A DNA stretch of 64,000 bases, from assembly GCA_963822445.1 (NCBI GenBank), contig CAWGHO010000003.1, forward strand, positions 160,001 through 224,000, read 5' to 3'. Source of the DNA: an uncultured Acidobacteriota bacterium (lineage in GTDB: Bacteria; Acidobacteriota; Thermoanaerobaculia; Gp7-AA8). Positions 46,988-56,829 of this stretch are shown here, piece after piece (the stretch's first letter is position 1; each line of letters opens with the position of its first letter). The position numbers and the translations under genes were made by a program. The notes below the pieces were generated by a model. The model searched no databases, had not been told where the DNA came from, and saw nothing but the letters and a program-made list of their open reading frames with translations.

Positions 46988-48358
46988 ATGAGCTCAAACG
47001 AAGGGTTTCAGGGCGGACGGCGGCTTCGGTATCCGGCGATGGTCGAGCTGGCGATTCTCGCCGGCCTCGCCGTCGTGCTGGTCATCGCGTTGTGGATGAT
47101 CCGGTCGCTCGTCGACGAGCGCTCGGAACGCGCGCAGGCGGCGCAGCGCGAAATTGCGGCGAGCTGGGGCCAGAGCCAGAAGATCGGCGGACCGGTGCTG
47201 ATCGTCCCGTACGTCGTTCGTTTCATCGACACATCCGGCAGACATCAGGCCGCGGTGCATCGCGCGCGATTCCTGCCCGATCAATTGAAAATCGGCGGGA
47301 AGCTTCTTCCGGAGCGGCGTCACCGCGGGATTTTCGAGACCGTTCTCTATCGCTCCGATCTCACGGTGCAAGGGCGGTTCTCGAGACCCGATTTCTCGAC
47401 CTGGAAGATCCCGGCCGAGGACATTTTGTGGGGCGATGCGGTCGTGACGATGGCTATCACCGATCTGCGCGGCGTTCGCGGAACCTCGCTGAAGTGGCGC
47501 GGACGGCCGCTGCCGCTTTCCGGCGGCAGCGCCGATGTGAGCCTCTGGCCGAGCGGGCTGACCGCGACGACACCGCTTGCCGCCGATCCCGCCGCGGAAG
47601 ACGGCTACCCGTTCTCGCTCGACCTTCAGCTCAACGGAAGCGAAGGCATCACGTTCTATCCGCTCGGCGGCGAGACGACCGTCGAGCTAATCTCGACTTG
47701 GCCCGATCCCGGATTCTCCGGCGCGTTTCTTCCCGAGTCGCGGGCCCTGTCGGCGTCGGGCTTTACGGCGCGCTGGGCGGTTTCATCGCTCGCTCGCGGC
47801 TATCCGCAGCGCTGGCGCGATCTACCGGAAGAAAACACGAACGCTGTGGCCCTCGTCGCCGCGTCCGCATTCGGCGTCGGCCTCGTCAATCCCGCGGGTC
47901 ACTATCAGAAGACCGAACGGTCGATGAAGTACGGCGCGCTGTTCATCATCCTCACGTTCCTGACGTTCTTCCTGTACGAGCTGCTCAGCCCCGTCACGCT
48001 GCATCCGGTGCAGTACTTCCTCGTCGGCGGCGCGCTCTGTCTTTTCTATCTGCTGCTGCTCAGCATCTCCGAGCACGCGCCGTTCGGCGTGGCCTACGCC
48101 ATTGCCACGGTTGCGACGGTGAGTCTGATCTCGTCCTACGGCGCCGCGTTGCTGCGCAGCGTGCCGCGAGTGCTCGGACTGGCCGGCGTTCTGGCGTTGC
48201 TCTACGGATATCTGTACGTGTTGCTGCAACTCGAGGACTGGGCACTGCTCATGGGATCGATCGGCCTGTTCCTGATCCTGGCGCTGGTGATGTACACGAC
48301 CCGGCGCGTGGACTGGGGATCGGCGCACCTCGGCCGAATTCGAGAAGCGGGGGCCTAG
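46988..48358 (+). CDS. creD: Inner membrane protein CreD
   Basis: GPVLIVPY, RGIF, WPDPGFSGAFLP, KYGALFI, HPVQY, YLLLLSISEH, TRRVDW. Confidence 0.92.
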   Translation: MSSNEGFQGGRRLRYPAMVELAILAGLAVVLVIALWMIRSLVDERSERAQAAQREIAASWGQSQKIGGPVLIVPYVVRFIDTSGRHQAAVHRARFLPDQLKIGGKLLPERRHRGIFETVLYRSDLTVQGRFSRPDFSTWKIPAEDILWGDAVVTMAITDLRGVRGTSLKWRGRPLPLSGGSADVSLWPSGLTATTPLAADPAAEDGYPFSLDLQLNGSEGITFYPLGGETTVELISTWPDPGFSGAFLPESRALSASGFTARWAVSSLARGYPQRWRDLPEENTNAVALVAASAFGVGLVNPAGHYQKTERSMKYGALFIILTFLTFFLYELLSPVTLHPVQYFLVGGALCLFYLLLLSISEHAPFGVAYAIATVATVSLISSYGAALLRSVPRVLGLAGVLALLYGYLYVLLQLEDWALLMGSIGLFLILALVMYTTRRVDWGSAHLGRIREAGA

Positions 48359-51255
48359 GACTCCACCCGATCGCGACCTGCCGACTTCGCGCGATACAGC
48401 GCGGAGTCGGCAGCAGCGATCAGCGACGCGGGCGTCGGCGCGGTTGTTCCGTTGCTTGCTGCTACGCCGAGGCTTGCTGTGACGATTCCAGATTCCGTGG
48501 CGGTGTGGCGGATCGCGGCATCGCGCACCATCAACCGGAACCCCTCCGCCTCGGCACGCGCCGCATCCATCGCAACACCCGGAAGCAGCCACGCGAACTC
48601 CTCGCCGCCGATGCGCGCGGCAAGTCCACCGCGAGTTTCCGTGCGTTGCGCGAGCAGCGTTGCCACCGCGCGCAACGCCTCGTCACCGTCCTGATGCCCC
48701 TGCGAGTCGTTGAGCCGCTTGAAATGATCGAGATCGATCAGCACCAGCGACACCGGCTGACCTCCGGTTCGAGCCGCATCGCATGCTTCGGCGAGCGCCT
48801 CGTCGAAACGGCGGCGATTCGCGACACCAGTCAGGCCGTCGATGTAGGACAGGCCGCGCAGCCGTTCGTTGGCGATGGCGAGCTCGCCGGCCATGCGATT
48901 CACATCTTCATACGCACGGTGCAGTTTCGCAGCGAGACGCAACTGCACCGCGGCCCAGATCGCGGCGGCAATGACGGCGATCGCAAGCAGGCGCGCCCAC
49001 CAGGTCTCATACCAGCGTGGATCGACGGTGACGCCGAGGCGCGCGTCGCCTTCGCTGCGCACGCCGTCTTCGTTCGTGGCCATCACCCGGAACGTGTAAT
49101 CGCCCGGCTCGAGCTTCGTGTAATGCGCGACGCGTGCGGTGCCGGCATCGACCCAATCGCGGTCGTAGCCATCGAGGCGATAGCGAAACGTCACGCGCTC
49201 GGGAGCGCGAAGACTCGAAGCGGTGTAACGCAACTCCAGACGTTGCGCGGCGGGCGGGACGCGCAATGGCCGCGCGGTTGCCGGCGTGCCGTCGATGAGC
49301 ACCTCTTCGATGTGCACCGGAGGGCGCATCGTGTTGCGACCGGTCGCGAGCGGATCGATGACAGCGACTCCGCGCGCCGTTCCGACCCAGAGGTGCCCGT
49401 TCCGCGCACGGATCGCCGCGGGGAAGGCGGCGTTGGTCTCCTTCGAGGGCATGCCTTCGGTCGTGCTGTAGACGATGCCGGAGAGATCCGGTTTCGCACC
49501 GTTCATCGCCGCGAGCACGCGGTCGCGGCTGACGCGATACAGCCCGCGGTTGCTGGTCATCCAGAGATCGCCGCCCGGCCCCTGATCGACGACCTGGAAC
49601 ACGACGTCGTCGAACAATCCGTTGCGGCGCGTGACGGACCGCACGGAGTTGTCGCGGAGATCGAGCCGCGCCAATCCACCGCCCGAGGTTCCGATCCAGA
49701 TGCCACCGCCCACGGCGTCCGCGGCGAGGCTGAACACGCGATCGCTCTTCAGACCGCGGCCCGTTTTCGCGATGAGCGTCGCCTTCGCACCATCCTCGGT
49801 CACGCGCCAGAGTCCCGCGCCATCGGTTCCGACGAGCAGTGTTCCATCGGCCAACGCGAGGAGGGGACGGAGCTGGCGATCCTCGAGCTCTTTGACGCGC
49901 GATGTCTTCCCATCGCGAATGCGCGCGAGCCCGGCGGTCGTGCTCACCCACAGCGTTCCGTCAGCCGTCTCGACCAGCGCGCGTACGCGATCGTTCGGCA
50001 GACCGCGTCGCGTGTCGATCGTCTCGACGACGCGTCGCTCGCGCAAACGCACCACGCCTCCGCCATCGGTGCCGGCCCACAGGCTGCCGTCGCCGCTCGA
50101 AGCCAGCGCGTAAACGGTGTCGTGCGGCAGTCCGTTGACCTTCGTCAGGCAATGCACCGATCCGGGTTGAATCTCGCAGAGCCCGCCGCCTTCCGTTCCA
50201 ACCCAGATCCGTCCATTGCGATCTTCGACGACCGCGCGGATCGAGTCGGCGGACATCCCTTCCTTCCGCGTGAACGAGAGGAAGCGCGTGTCGCTCATCC
50301 GCGCCAGCCCGCCCGTGGTGCCGACCCACAGCGAGCCCTCGCGATCCTCGATCACCGCGCGGACAGTCGGACTGGGAAGACCTTGCGCGGTTCCGAAAGA
50401 CTCCGCACGCGTTCCGCGCCAGCGCGCCAGGCCGCCGTCGGTTCCGATCCAGAGACTTCCGTCGCTGTCGCGTTGCAGCGCGCGAATGAGATTGCTCGGC
50501 AGTCCGTCGCGCGCCGTCACTGTGCGCACGACCGCGCCATCGCGCCACGCGACGACACCACCGCCATCCGTTCCGATCCAGAGCGTGCCGTCCGGATCGC
50601 GCAGAAGTGCGCGCGCGTGATCGCTGGGAAGACCGTCGCGCACGCTGATCTGCTGCTGAACGCGCGAGTCCTTCCAGCGAACCACGCCGCCGCCGTGCGT
50701 CGCGACCCAGAATCCGCCGGCGCCGTCGTCCTCCAGCGCCCAGATGCGGTCGGTCGGCAATCCATGACGCATGGTGAAGCGCGTCACCTTCTCGCCGTCG
50801 ATGCGCAGCAATCCACCGCCGGCTGTCGCCGCGAACAAAACCCCACCGGCGACGTGCATCTCGCGAATGCGATCCGATCCGAGGATGTCCGGGCGAAATG
50901 GCTCGATCCGTCCGTTGCGCATTCGCGCCAGGCCACCGCCATACGTGCCGATCCACAACGTTCCATCGGCCGCTTCGAACAGCGACGAGATGAACGAGCT
51001 TCGCAGCGCCGGTGATGTCTGCCGGTCAGTCACGACGAACCGCACGCCGTCGAACCGCACCAGCCCTTCCTCGGTCCCGATCCAGAGATAGCCGTCGCGG
51101 GTCTGCACGATCGCGTCGATGGTGTTCTGCGGCAGGCCGGTCTCGCTGGTCCAGACGGACACGCGCGCCTGGGTGAGTGCCCGCGCGGGATCGAGCGCGA
51201 ATGCGCGGCTTGCGAGCAGGATTGCTACGACGACGCTCGACCAGAATCGATGCAC
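48355..51255 (-). CDS. Diguanylate cyclase with Reg_prop/Y_Y_Y periplasmic sensor
   Basis: Many DGxLWIGT.GGL repeats, FRYRL..YT.LEPGDYTF, TM, DGLTGVANRR, RIGGEEF; GTG start inferred. Confidence 0.9.
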   Translation of the reverse strand: MHRFWSSVVVAILLASRAFALDPARALTQARVSVWTSETGLPQNTIDAIVQTRDGYLWIGTEEGLVRFDGVRFVVTDRQTSPALRSSFISSLFEAADGTLWIGTYGGGLARMRNGRIEPFRPDILGSDRIREMHVAGGVLFAATAGGGLLRIDGEKVTRFTMRHGLPTDRIWALEDDGAGGFWVATHGGGVVRWKDSRVQQQISVRDGLPSDHARALLRDPDGTLWIGTDGGGVVAWRDGAVVRTVTARDGLPSNLIRALQRDSDGSLWIGTDGGLARWRGTRAESFGTAQGLPSPTVRAVIEDREGSLWVGTTGGLARMSDTRFLSFTRKEGMSADSIRAVVEDRNGRIWVGTEGGGLCEIQPGSVHCLTKVNGLPHDTVYALASSGDGSLWAGTDGGGVVRLRERRVVETIDTRRGLPNDRVRALVETADGTLWVSTTAGLARIRDGKTSRVKELEDRQLRPLLALADGTLLVGTDGAGLWRVTEDGAKATLIAKTGRGLKSDRVFSLAADAVGGGIWIGTSGGGLARLDLRDNSVRSVTRRNGLFDDVVFQVVDQGPGGDLWMTSNRGLYRVSRDRVLAAMNGAKPDLSGIVYSTTEGMPSKETNAAFPAAIRARNGHLWVGTARGVAVIDPLATGRNTMRPPVHIEEVLIDGTPATARPLRVPPAAQRLELRYTASSLRAPERVTFRYRLDGYDRDWVDAGTARVAHYTKLEPGDYTFRVMATNEDGVRSEGDARLGVTVDPRWYETWWARLLAIAVIAAAIWAAVQLRLAAKLHRAYEDVNRMAGELAIANERLRGLSYIDGLTGVANRRRFDEALAEACDAARTGGQPVSLVLIDLDHFKRLNDSQGHQDGDEALRAVATLLAQRTETRGGLAARIGGEEFAWLLPGVAMDAARAEAEGFRLMVRDAAIRHTATESGIVTASLGVAASNGTTAPTPASLIAAADSALYRAKSAGRDRVES

Positions 51256-51277
51256 GGTGTGGGCGTATCTTAAAGCG

Positions 51278-52006
51278 CTACTCGACCTTGACCCAGCGGA
51301 TGTCGAGCCCTTCCCGACGATCGACGAAGCCGGTGATCGCACCGGCTTCGTCGCGTTGAAAGATCCGTCGCGTCCGCGGCTGTCCCGGCTGAAAAAACAC
51401 GTCCCGAACCTCGGCCTTGAACGTCGCCGCCTTCCGCCCCGTGCGCTCGGACGCCAGACCGTCGTCGGTGCAGCTCACCTTCGTCACGATCTCCGGCGTC
51501 AGCCGATACGTGCCGCTGTAGCCGCACAGGACTTCGCGAGAGAGCGCGATCGCCGGAGGATCCTCGAGGATCGCGAGCACTTGCGTGGCGATGAGCCGCC
51601 ATCCCGCGGCGGTCTTCAGCCAGGTGTCGGTCATGCGGAACTGGCTCTCGAGGACCTGCCCGAAGTAGTCGAGGCGCTCGTCGGCGACGTACGTGGTCAC
51701 GGCGACGTTTCCGTGCAGCTCCGCTCTGAACGCGCCCACTTCGAGATCGCCGACGAGACCTTTTGGAAGCGGCTGGAGCTCTTCGAGCAGTTTCGCCTTG
51801 GTCATCTCCTGATTCGCTTCGCTGACGTAGATCAGCCGGTCGTGCGTGTACTTTTTCCAGACCTCGGCGTTGCCCGGCCCGACGGCATCGAGCAGCTCGT
51901 TCGTCATCCGCTTCAGCTCCGCTTCGACTGTCGCCTTGTCCGCCGCACCGGCGTTGACGGGGAGTGCGGCGAGCACCGCAAGACCGGCTGCACAAAGAGC
52001 GAGCAT
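51278..52006 (-). CDS. Secreted NTF2-like (DUF4440) plus DUF3471-like protein
   Basis: AGGAGG RBS; signal peptide; TDTWLKTAAGWRLIA; YSGTYRL. Confidence 0.75.
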   Translation of the reverse strand: MLALCAAGLAVLAALPVNAGAADKATVEAELKRMTNELLDAVGPGNAEVWKKYTHDRLIYVSEANQEMTKAKLLEELQPLPKGLVGDLEVGAFRAELHGNVAVTTYVADERLDYFGQVLESQFRMTDTWLKTAAGWRLIATQVLAILEDPPAIALSREVLCGYSGTYRLTPEIVTKVSCTDDGLASERTGRKAATFKAEVRDVFFQPGQPRTRRIFQRDEAGAITGFVDRREGLDIRWVKVE

Positions 52007-52017
52007 GGAGTTCCTCC

Positions 52018-53487
52018 TTATGTCTTCGCCTGCACCACACCCCTGTAGCACTCGGCGAGCTTCGCGATTCCCGGTTCTATGTCCGATTCCGCGACGGTTG
52101 TGTAGCCGATGATCAGGCGAGCGTCGCGCGGTGCGGCCACGTGGTAGGGCCGCGCATCGTAGACGCGCACGCCGCGACGCAATGCCTCTGCGACGAGCGT
52201 GGACGCCGCGGCCGCTTTTACGTTCTTCAGGCGGAGATAAAGGTGAGTGCCGCTGCTTGCGCCCGAGATCACGATCTCGTGATGCGAGAAATGAGACTGC
52301 AGCGCGTTGAGCAGGATCTTCCGCTTCGCCGCCAACCGCCGCGCCATCCGCCGTCGCGCGCTCTCGTACGCACCCGATTCGATCAGCGTCGCCATCGCGT
52401 ACTGCCCGGTGAGAGGACTGCCGCGGTCGGCGAGCCACTTCACCGCGCGAAACGCGTCGACCAGCGCCGGAGGGACGACGACGTATCCGAGGCGGAGGGC
52501 GGGGAAGAAGGTGCGGGCGAAGGTGCCGATGTAGACGACGCGGCCACTGCCGTCGAGACCCTGCAGCGCCGGAATCGCACCGACGCCGTAACGGAACTCG
52601 CAGTTGTAGTCGTCCTCGACGATCCAGGCGTGATGTCGTTCCGCCCACTGCAGCAGTTTCAGGCGGCGCTCGACGGACATGATCGCGCCCGTCGGGAACT
52701 GATGCGACGGCGTGACGCAGATTGCCGCCGCACGCCGGAGCGCCTTTTCGTGGCGACCGACATCAAGACCATCGCCGTCGATGCCGCAGACGGCGAGACG
52801 AGCACCGGCCGCGGTGAAGATCGCCCGCGTGCCCTGGTAATGAGGATCTTCGATTCCGACGACCGTGCCGCGGTCGCAGAGCACCCGCGCCGTGAGATCG
52901 AGTGCCTGCTGCGAGCCGCTGACGATCAGCACGCGCTCCGGCTCGGCGATCACGCCACGTTCCTGACGGAGGTACTGCGCGAGCGCGGTACGAAGGCGCC
53001 ACGAGCCCGCGGGATCCGGATAACCGCGCGCGGCTTCCGCGACCGCGCCGCTCAGCGCCTTCCGCCAGATCGTCACCGTGCGCTCATCGAGCTCAGTGTC
53101 GCCGTAAGAGAAATCGATCGCCGCCGCGGCATCAGAACCGGTGGCGCTGTTCTGCGGCGCGACCGCGCGCGCCCGTTCGGCGTAGCTGGAGATCCGCCCC
53201 GGCGTGCGAGTGGTTCGCAGCCGGCGGTCATTCGCATCCGTGCGTTTCTGCTCCGGTTGCAGCGCGACGCGAGTGCCGGATCCCAGCTTCGCAACGACGT
53301 ACCCCTCGGCCGCAAGTTGCTCGAAGGCTGCGAGCACGACGATGCGCGAGACGCCGAGGTCGCGGGCGAGGGTGCGGGTGCCGGGGATGCGCGCGCCGGC
53401 GGAGAGCGAGCCGTCGAGGATGGCCGTCCGCATCGTGTCGTAGACCCGCCGGTACAAGGGCGCGTCCTGGCTTCCGGCGAGGATCAT
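52018..53487 (-). CDS. MocR/GabR-family GntR regulator
   Basis: N-terminal wHTH (TRTLARDLGVSR, EGY); TPSHQFPTG, EDDY, GTFARTFFPALRLGY. Confidence 0.92.
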   Translation of the reverse strand: MILAGSQDAPLYRRVYDTMRTAILDGSLSAGARIPGTRTLARDLGVSRIVVLAAFEQLAAEGYVVAKLGSGTRVALQPEQKRTDANDRRLRTTRTPGRISSYAERARAVAPQNSATGSDAAAAIDFSYGDTELDERTVTIWRKALSGAVAEAARGYPDPAGSWRLRTALAQYLRQERGVIAEPERVLIVSGSQQALDLTARVLCDRGTVVGIEDPHYQGTRAIFTAAGARLAVCGIDGDGLDVGRHEKALRRAAAICVTPSHQFPTGAIMSVERRLKLLQWAERHHAWIVEDDYNCEFRYGVGAIPALQGLDGSGRVVYIGTFARTFFPALRLGYVVVPPALVDAFRAVKWLADRGSPLTGQYAMATLIESGAYESARRRMARRLAAKRKILLNALQSHFSHHEIVISGASSGTHLYLRLKNVKAAAASTLVAEALRRGVRVYDARPYHVAAPRDARLIIGYTTVAESDIEPGIAKLAECYRGVVQAKT

Positions 53488-53490
53488 CGA

Positions 53491-53551
53491 AGTGGTTATA
53501 CCAAAAGCGCGATAACTGGCTCTTTTCTGTAACCGGTTTGACTCGTACCAT
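53491..53551. promoter_or_regulatory. Divergent promoters with probable MocR operator
   Basis: TGGTTATACCA...CTGGCTCTT...TACCA; TATAAC and TACCAT -10-like boxes 6-7 bp before the two starts. Confidence 0.5.
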
Positions 53552-53557
53552 GCTCCG

Positions 53558-54325
53558 ATGCGATCACTGCGTCCGCTCGCCACCGCGCTTCTGCTTCTCT
53601 CAGCTTCGTGCACCACGACCAACGTTCGACCAAACACGACACCGATCGAGGTCACCTGGCTGGGACATGCGGCGTTCCAGGTCGTTTCGGCCGGAGGGAC
53701 GACGCTGCTCATCGATCCGTTCCTCACGGACAACCCGGCCACGCCGGCCGAGCTGAAGGATCTCTCGCGCTACAAACCGAGCTTCATCCTCGTCACCCAC
53801 TCCCACGGCGATCACCTCGGCAACGCCATCGAACTGTCCAAGCGCAATCAGGCGCCGATCGTGGCGGTGAACATGCCCGCGCTTTATCAGAAGGAGAATC
53901 TGCCCGAGGCGTTGATCCAGACGGTGAACGTGGGAGGGACCGTGCGGCTCGGCGACGTCACCGTTCACGTCGTGCCGGCGATGCATGGCAGCGAGCCCAG
54001 TGGCCGCCCGGTGGGCTTCGTCATCGCCTTCGCCGATGGCCGCTCGCTCTATCACCAGGGCGACACCTGGGTCTTCGGCGACATGGCTCTGATCCAGGAG
54101 TTCTATCGCCCGACGATCATCCTGCTGAACGTCGGCGGACGCGCTTACGGCCAGAGCCCGGAAATCGCCCTTCGCGGCGTCAATCGCTATTTCGATCCCG
54201 AGATCATCGTGCCGATGCATTACGCGTCGATGCCGACGATGTCGACCGAGGAGGAGGTTCGCGCCGCCCTCGGACGAGACCGGCGGGTGCGCTTCATGAA
54301 GGTGGGGGAGAAGGGACACTTCTGA
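53558..54325 (+). CDS. Exported MBL-fold metal-dependent hydrolase (UPF0173-like)
   Basis: WLGHA, IDPF, THSHGDH, HQGDT, PMHY; lipoprotein-like signal. Confidence 0.85.
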   Translation: MRSLRPLATALLLLSASCTTTNVRPNTTPIEVTWLGHAAFQVVSAGGTTLLIDPFLTDNPATPAELKDLSRYKPSFILVTHSHGDHLGNAIELSKRNQAPIVAVNMPALYQKENLPEALIQTVNVGGTVRLGDVTVHVVPAMHGSEPSGRPVGFVIAFADGRSLYHQGDTWVFGDMALIQEFYRPTIILLNVGGRAYGQSPEIALRGVNRYFDPEIIVPMHYASMPTMSTEEEVRAALGRDRRVRFMKVGEKGHF

Positions 54326-54705
54326 TGAAAAACGCATCAGCGAAGCCGGAGACGATCGACGACTACATCGCCGGGTTTCCCGAGAACATTCAGAAGATCC
54401 TGAAGAAGATCCGCGCGACGATTCGACGTGCCGCGCCGGATGCGGAAGAGGCGATCAAGTATCAGATCCCGACCTTCACCCTGAATGGCAACCTCGTTCA
54501 TTTCGCCGCATTCAAGAACCACATCGGCTTTTATCCAGCGCCGAGCGGCACGGCGAAGTTCAAGAAGGAGCTCTCCGTTTACGAAGCCGGGAAGGGCTCG
54601 GTGCAGTTTCCGTTGGACGAGCCGATTCCTTACGACCTGATCACGAAGATCGTGGAGTTCCGCGTCAAGGAAAGCGCCGCTAAAGCAAAGGCGAAGAAGA
54701 AGTGA
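54325..54705 (+). CDS. DUF1801 (YdhG-like) protein
   Basis: TIDDYI, IKYQIPTF, HFAAFKNHIGFYP, KGSVQFP. Confidence 0.88.
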   Translation: MKNASAKPETIDDYIAGFPENIQKILKKIRATIRRAAPDAEEAIKYQIPTFTLNGNLVHFAAFKNHIGFYPAPSGTAKFKKELSVYEAGKGSVQFPLDEPIPYDLITKIVEFRVKESAAKAKAKKK

Positions 54706-55169
54706 CTCTCGCGGGCGCGCTCGATTTCGATTTCCTCCATGGCCGATGGGACGTCGCGCACCGCAGACTGCGCGAGCGGCTGGCCGGATGTGATGAGTGG
54801 GTGGCGCTGACGGGGATTGCCGAGGTTCATCCCGTTCTGTGCGGGCTGGGCAATGTGGACCGCGTCACGTTTGACGGTCACGACCACGAAGGCATGACCT
54901 TGCGCCTCTTCGACGTGGACACGCACGTCTGGACCATTCACTGGGCCGATTCGCGCACCGGCCGTCTCGATCCGCCGATGAGCGGACGCTTCGAATCCGG
55001 CGTAGGCGTATTCTTCGGGGACGACACCCACGCCGGACGCGTGATCCGCGTCCGCTTCATCTGGCGTTCCACCGCCGCCGGGCCGCGGTGGGAACAGGCG
55101 TTCTCGAGCGACGGCGGCGTGACGTGGGAAACGAACTGGATCATGGACTTCACGCGGAGGAATGAATGA
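54702..55169 (+). CDS. DUF1579-like protein
   Basis: DFDFLHGRW, WEQAFSSDGGVTWETNWIM. Confidence 0.8.
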   Translation: MTLAGALDFDFLHGRWDVAHRRLRERLAGCDEWVALTGIAEVHPVLCGLGNVDRVTFDGHDHEGMTLRLFDVDTHVWTIHWADSRTGRLDPPMSGRFESGVGVFFGDDTHAGRVIRVRFIWRSTAAGPRWEQAFSSDGGVTWETNWIMDFTRRNE

Positions 55170-55441
55170 GTGACGAGAAAATCCTCACCAAACATCCCCA
55201 GGGCAAGAGCGGGAAGAACATCGATAAGAAGAAATACGACGCGATGTCGCGGGCGATCGGTTCCGTGTTGCGCGGCAAGGAGCTGACGCACACGGAACTG
55301 ATGGCGCGCGTCGACGAGAAGCTCGAGGGCAAGTTCGACGGCAACATCGGCTGGTATGCCGAGACGGTGAAGCTCGATCTCGAAGCGCGGCGCGTCATCG
55401 AGCGGACCGCATCGCGTCCGCAGCGCTACCGGCTGCGGTAG
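55166..55441 (+). CDS. Small winged-helix-like conserved protein (DUF6958-like)
   Basis: HPQGKSG, IDKKKY, WYAETVKLDLEAR. Confidence 0.75.
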   Translation: MSDEKILTKHPQGKSGKNIDKKKYDAMSRAIGSVLRGKELTHTELMARVDEKLEGKFDGNIGWYAETVKLDLEARRVIERTASRPQRYRLR

Positions 55442-55449
55442 AACGTTCG

Positions 55450-56694
55450 TTATCGCCGCGGGGCAATCTTCCAGAGCTGTCCGTTCGATTCGTCGGTCAC
55501 CACGTAGAGCGCGCCGTCCGGACCCTGACGCACGTCGCGGATGCGCTGTCCGCGATCGGTCAGGAGATGTTCTTCGCCGGTCACGCGATTGTTCTTCAAC
55601 TCCAGGCGGACGAGCCGTTGCTCGCGGAGTGCGCCGATGAAGAGACTGCCCTTCCACGAGGGAAACGCGTTGCCGGTGTACACCTCCATGCCGGAAGGCG
55701 CGATGACGGGATCCCAGTAGTAGACCGGGTCGACGAAGCCGCTGCGCGTGGTGACGGAGCTCGCGATCGGATCGCCTGAATATTCTTCGCCGAAGGTGAC
55801 CAGCGGCCAGCCGTAGTTCTTCCCCTTCTCGATGAGGTTCAACTCGTCGCCGCCCTTCGCGCCGTGCTCGACGGTCCAGAGCCGTCCCTGCGGGTCGAAG
55901 ACCGCTGACTGGATGTTGCGATGGCCGAGGGACCAGATTTCCGGGCGGGCGTTGGTCTGGCCGGTGAAGGGATTGTCGTTGGGGGCGGTGCCGTCGGGAC
56001 GGATGCGAAGGACCTTGCCCATGTGGCTGTCGAGGTGCTGGGCCTGGGGGCGGATGACTTTGCTCGAGCGGTCGCCGGTGGTGACGTAGAGCATGCCGTC
56101 GCGTCCGAACATGAGGCGCGAGCCGAAGTGGGCCGCGCCGTCGAACGTCGGGAGCGCGCGGAAGATCACCCGGACGTTGTCGAGACGCGTGCGATCGGTG
56201 CTCAGCACGCCGCGGGCGACGCTCGTGGCATTGCCGCCGGTGCGCGGTTCGGAGTAGCTCCAGTAGATCGTCCGGTCGGTGGCGAAGGTGGGGCTGAGTG
56301 CGACGTCGAGCAGGCCGCCCTGTCCGCGATCGTCGACGTCCGGCACTCCCTGAATCGGTGCGCCGATGGTGCCGCTCGCGCTGACGATGCGCATCGTCCC
56401 CGGCTTTTCGGTGATGAGGAGATCGCCGCCGGGCAACGGCTCGACCGCCCAGGGACTGTCCAACCCCCTCGCCACCACGGTGACGTCGAACGCAACGCTG
56501 GATTTCACACCGCACGCGCGGGTCTGTCCGGCAAAGGTCGGGCGCTGGTCGGGAACGTTCGCCCGCCCGGTCTCGAGCGGCTTGCAGTCCGCGGATTTCG
56601 CCGCCGTCGCGTTCGCGTCATTGGCCACCGCCGACTGCTGCCCGCAGGCGACGAGTGCCAACCCGGCGACGATGCTGAAAAGTGCTGCGCGCAT
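55450..56694 (-). CDS. PQQ-dependent sugar dehydrogenase (YliI/GSDH family), lipoprotein
   Basis: LVAC lipobox; GQGGLLD, HFGSR, GHRN, HGAKGGDELN, NYGWP, RIRDV. Confidence 0.92.
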   Translation of the reverse strand: MRAALFSIVAGLALVACGQQSAVANDANATAAKSADCKPLETGRANVPDQRPTFAGQTRACGVKSSVAFDVTVVARGLDSPWAVEPLPGGDLLITEKPGTMRIVSASGTIGAPIQGVPDVDDRGQGGLLDVALSPTFATDRTIYWSYSEPRTGGNATSVARGVLSTDRTRLDNVRVIFRALPTFDGAAHFGSRLMFGRDGMLYVTTGDRSSKVIRPQAQHLDSHMGKVLRIRPDGTAPNDNPFTGQTNARPEIWSLGHRNIQSAVFDPQGRLWTVEHGAKGGDELNLIEKGKNYGWPLVTFGEEYSGDPIASSVTTRSGFVDPVYYWDPVIAPSGMEVYTGNAFPSWKGSLFIGALREQRLVRLELKNNRVTGEEHLLTDRGQRIRDVRQGPDGALYVVTDESNGQLWKIAPRR

Positions 56695-56741
56695 GAGGTC
56701 TCCTTGGGGGAGGGATGGTGCAAGGGGCGTGCGGGAGCGCG

Positions 56742-56829
56742 GCGGTTACGGGATTACGAGGTTTCGGGGTTACGAGGCATTTGAAAACGTACTTCTTTCC
56801 ACCTCGTAACCCCGTAACCCCGTAACCTC
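56742..56829. repeat. Inverted arrays of 8-bp repeats (GGGGTTAC / GTAACCCC)
   Basis: About four units at 56742-56777 and about three complementary units at 56802-56829. Confidence 0.8.

Noticed and set aside
46600-51015. 1471-aa plus-strand ORF and other long shadow ORFs (2769-4778, 6413-9229, 21240-23156, 27022-30198, 33997-36822, 58531-60714)
   Set aside because: Antisense or off-frame to motif-bearing genes; Arg/Ala-rich with no domains; typical of high-GC DNA.
56719-56734. Sigma54-like site upstream of the PQQ dehydrogenase (CCGCACGCCCCTTGCA, minus strand)
   Set aside because: Has CG rather than the invariant GG at -24.
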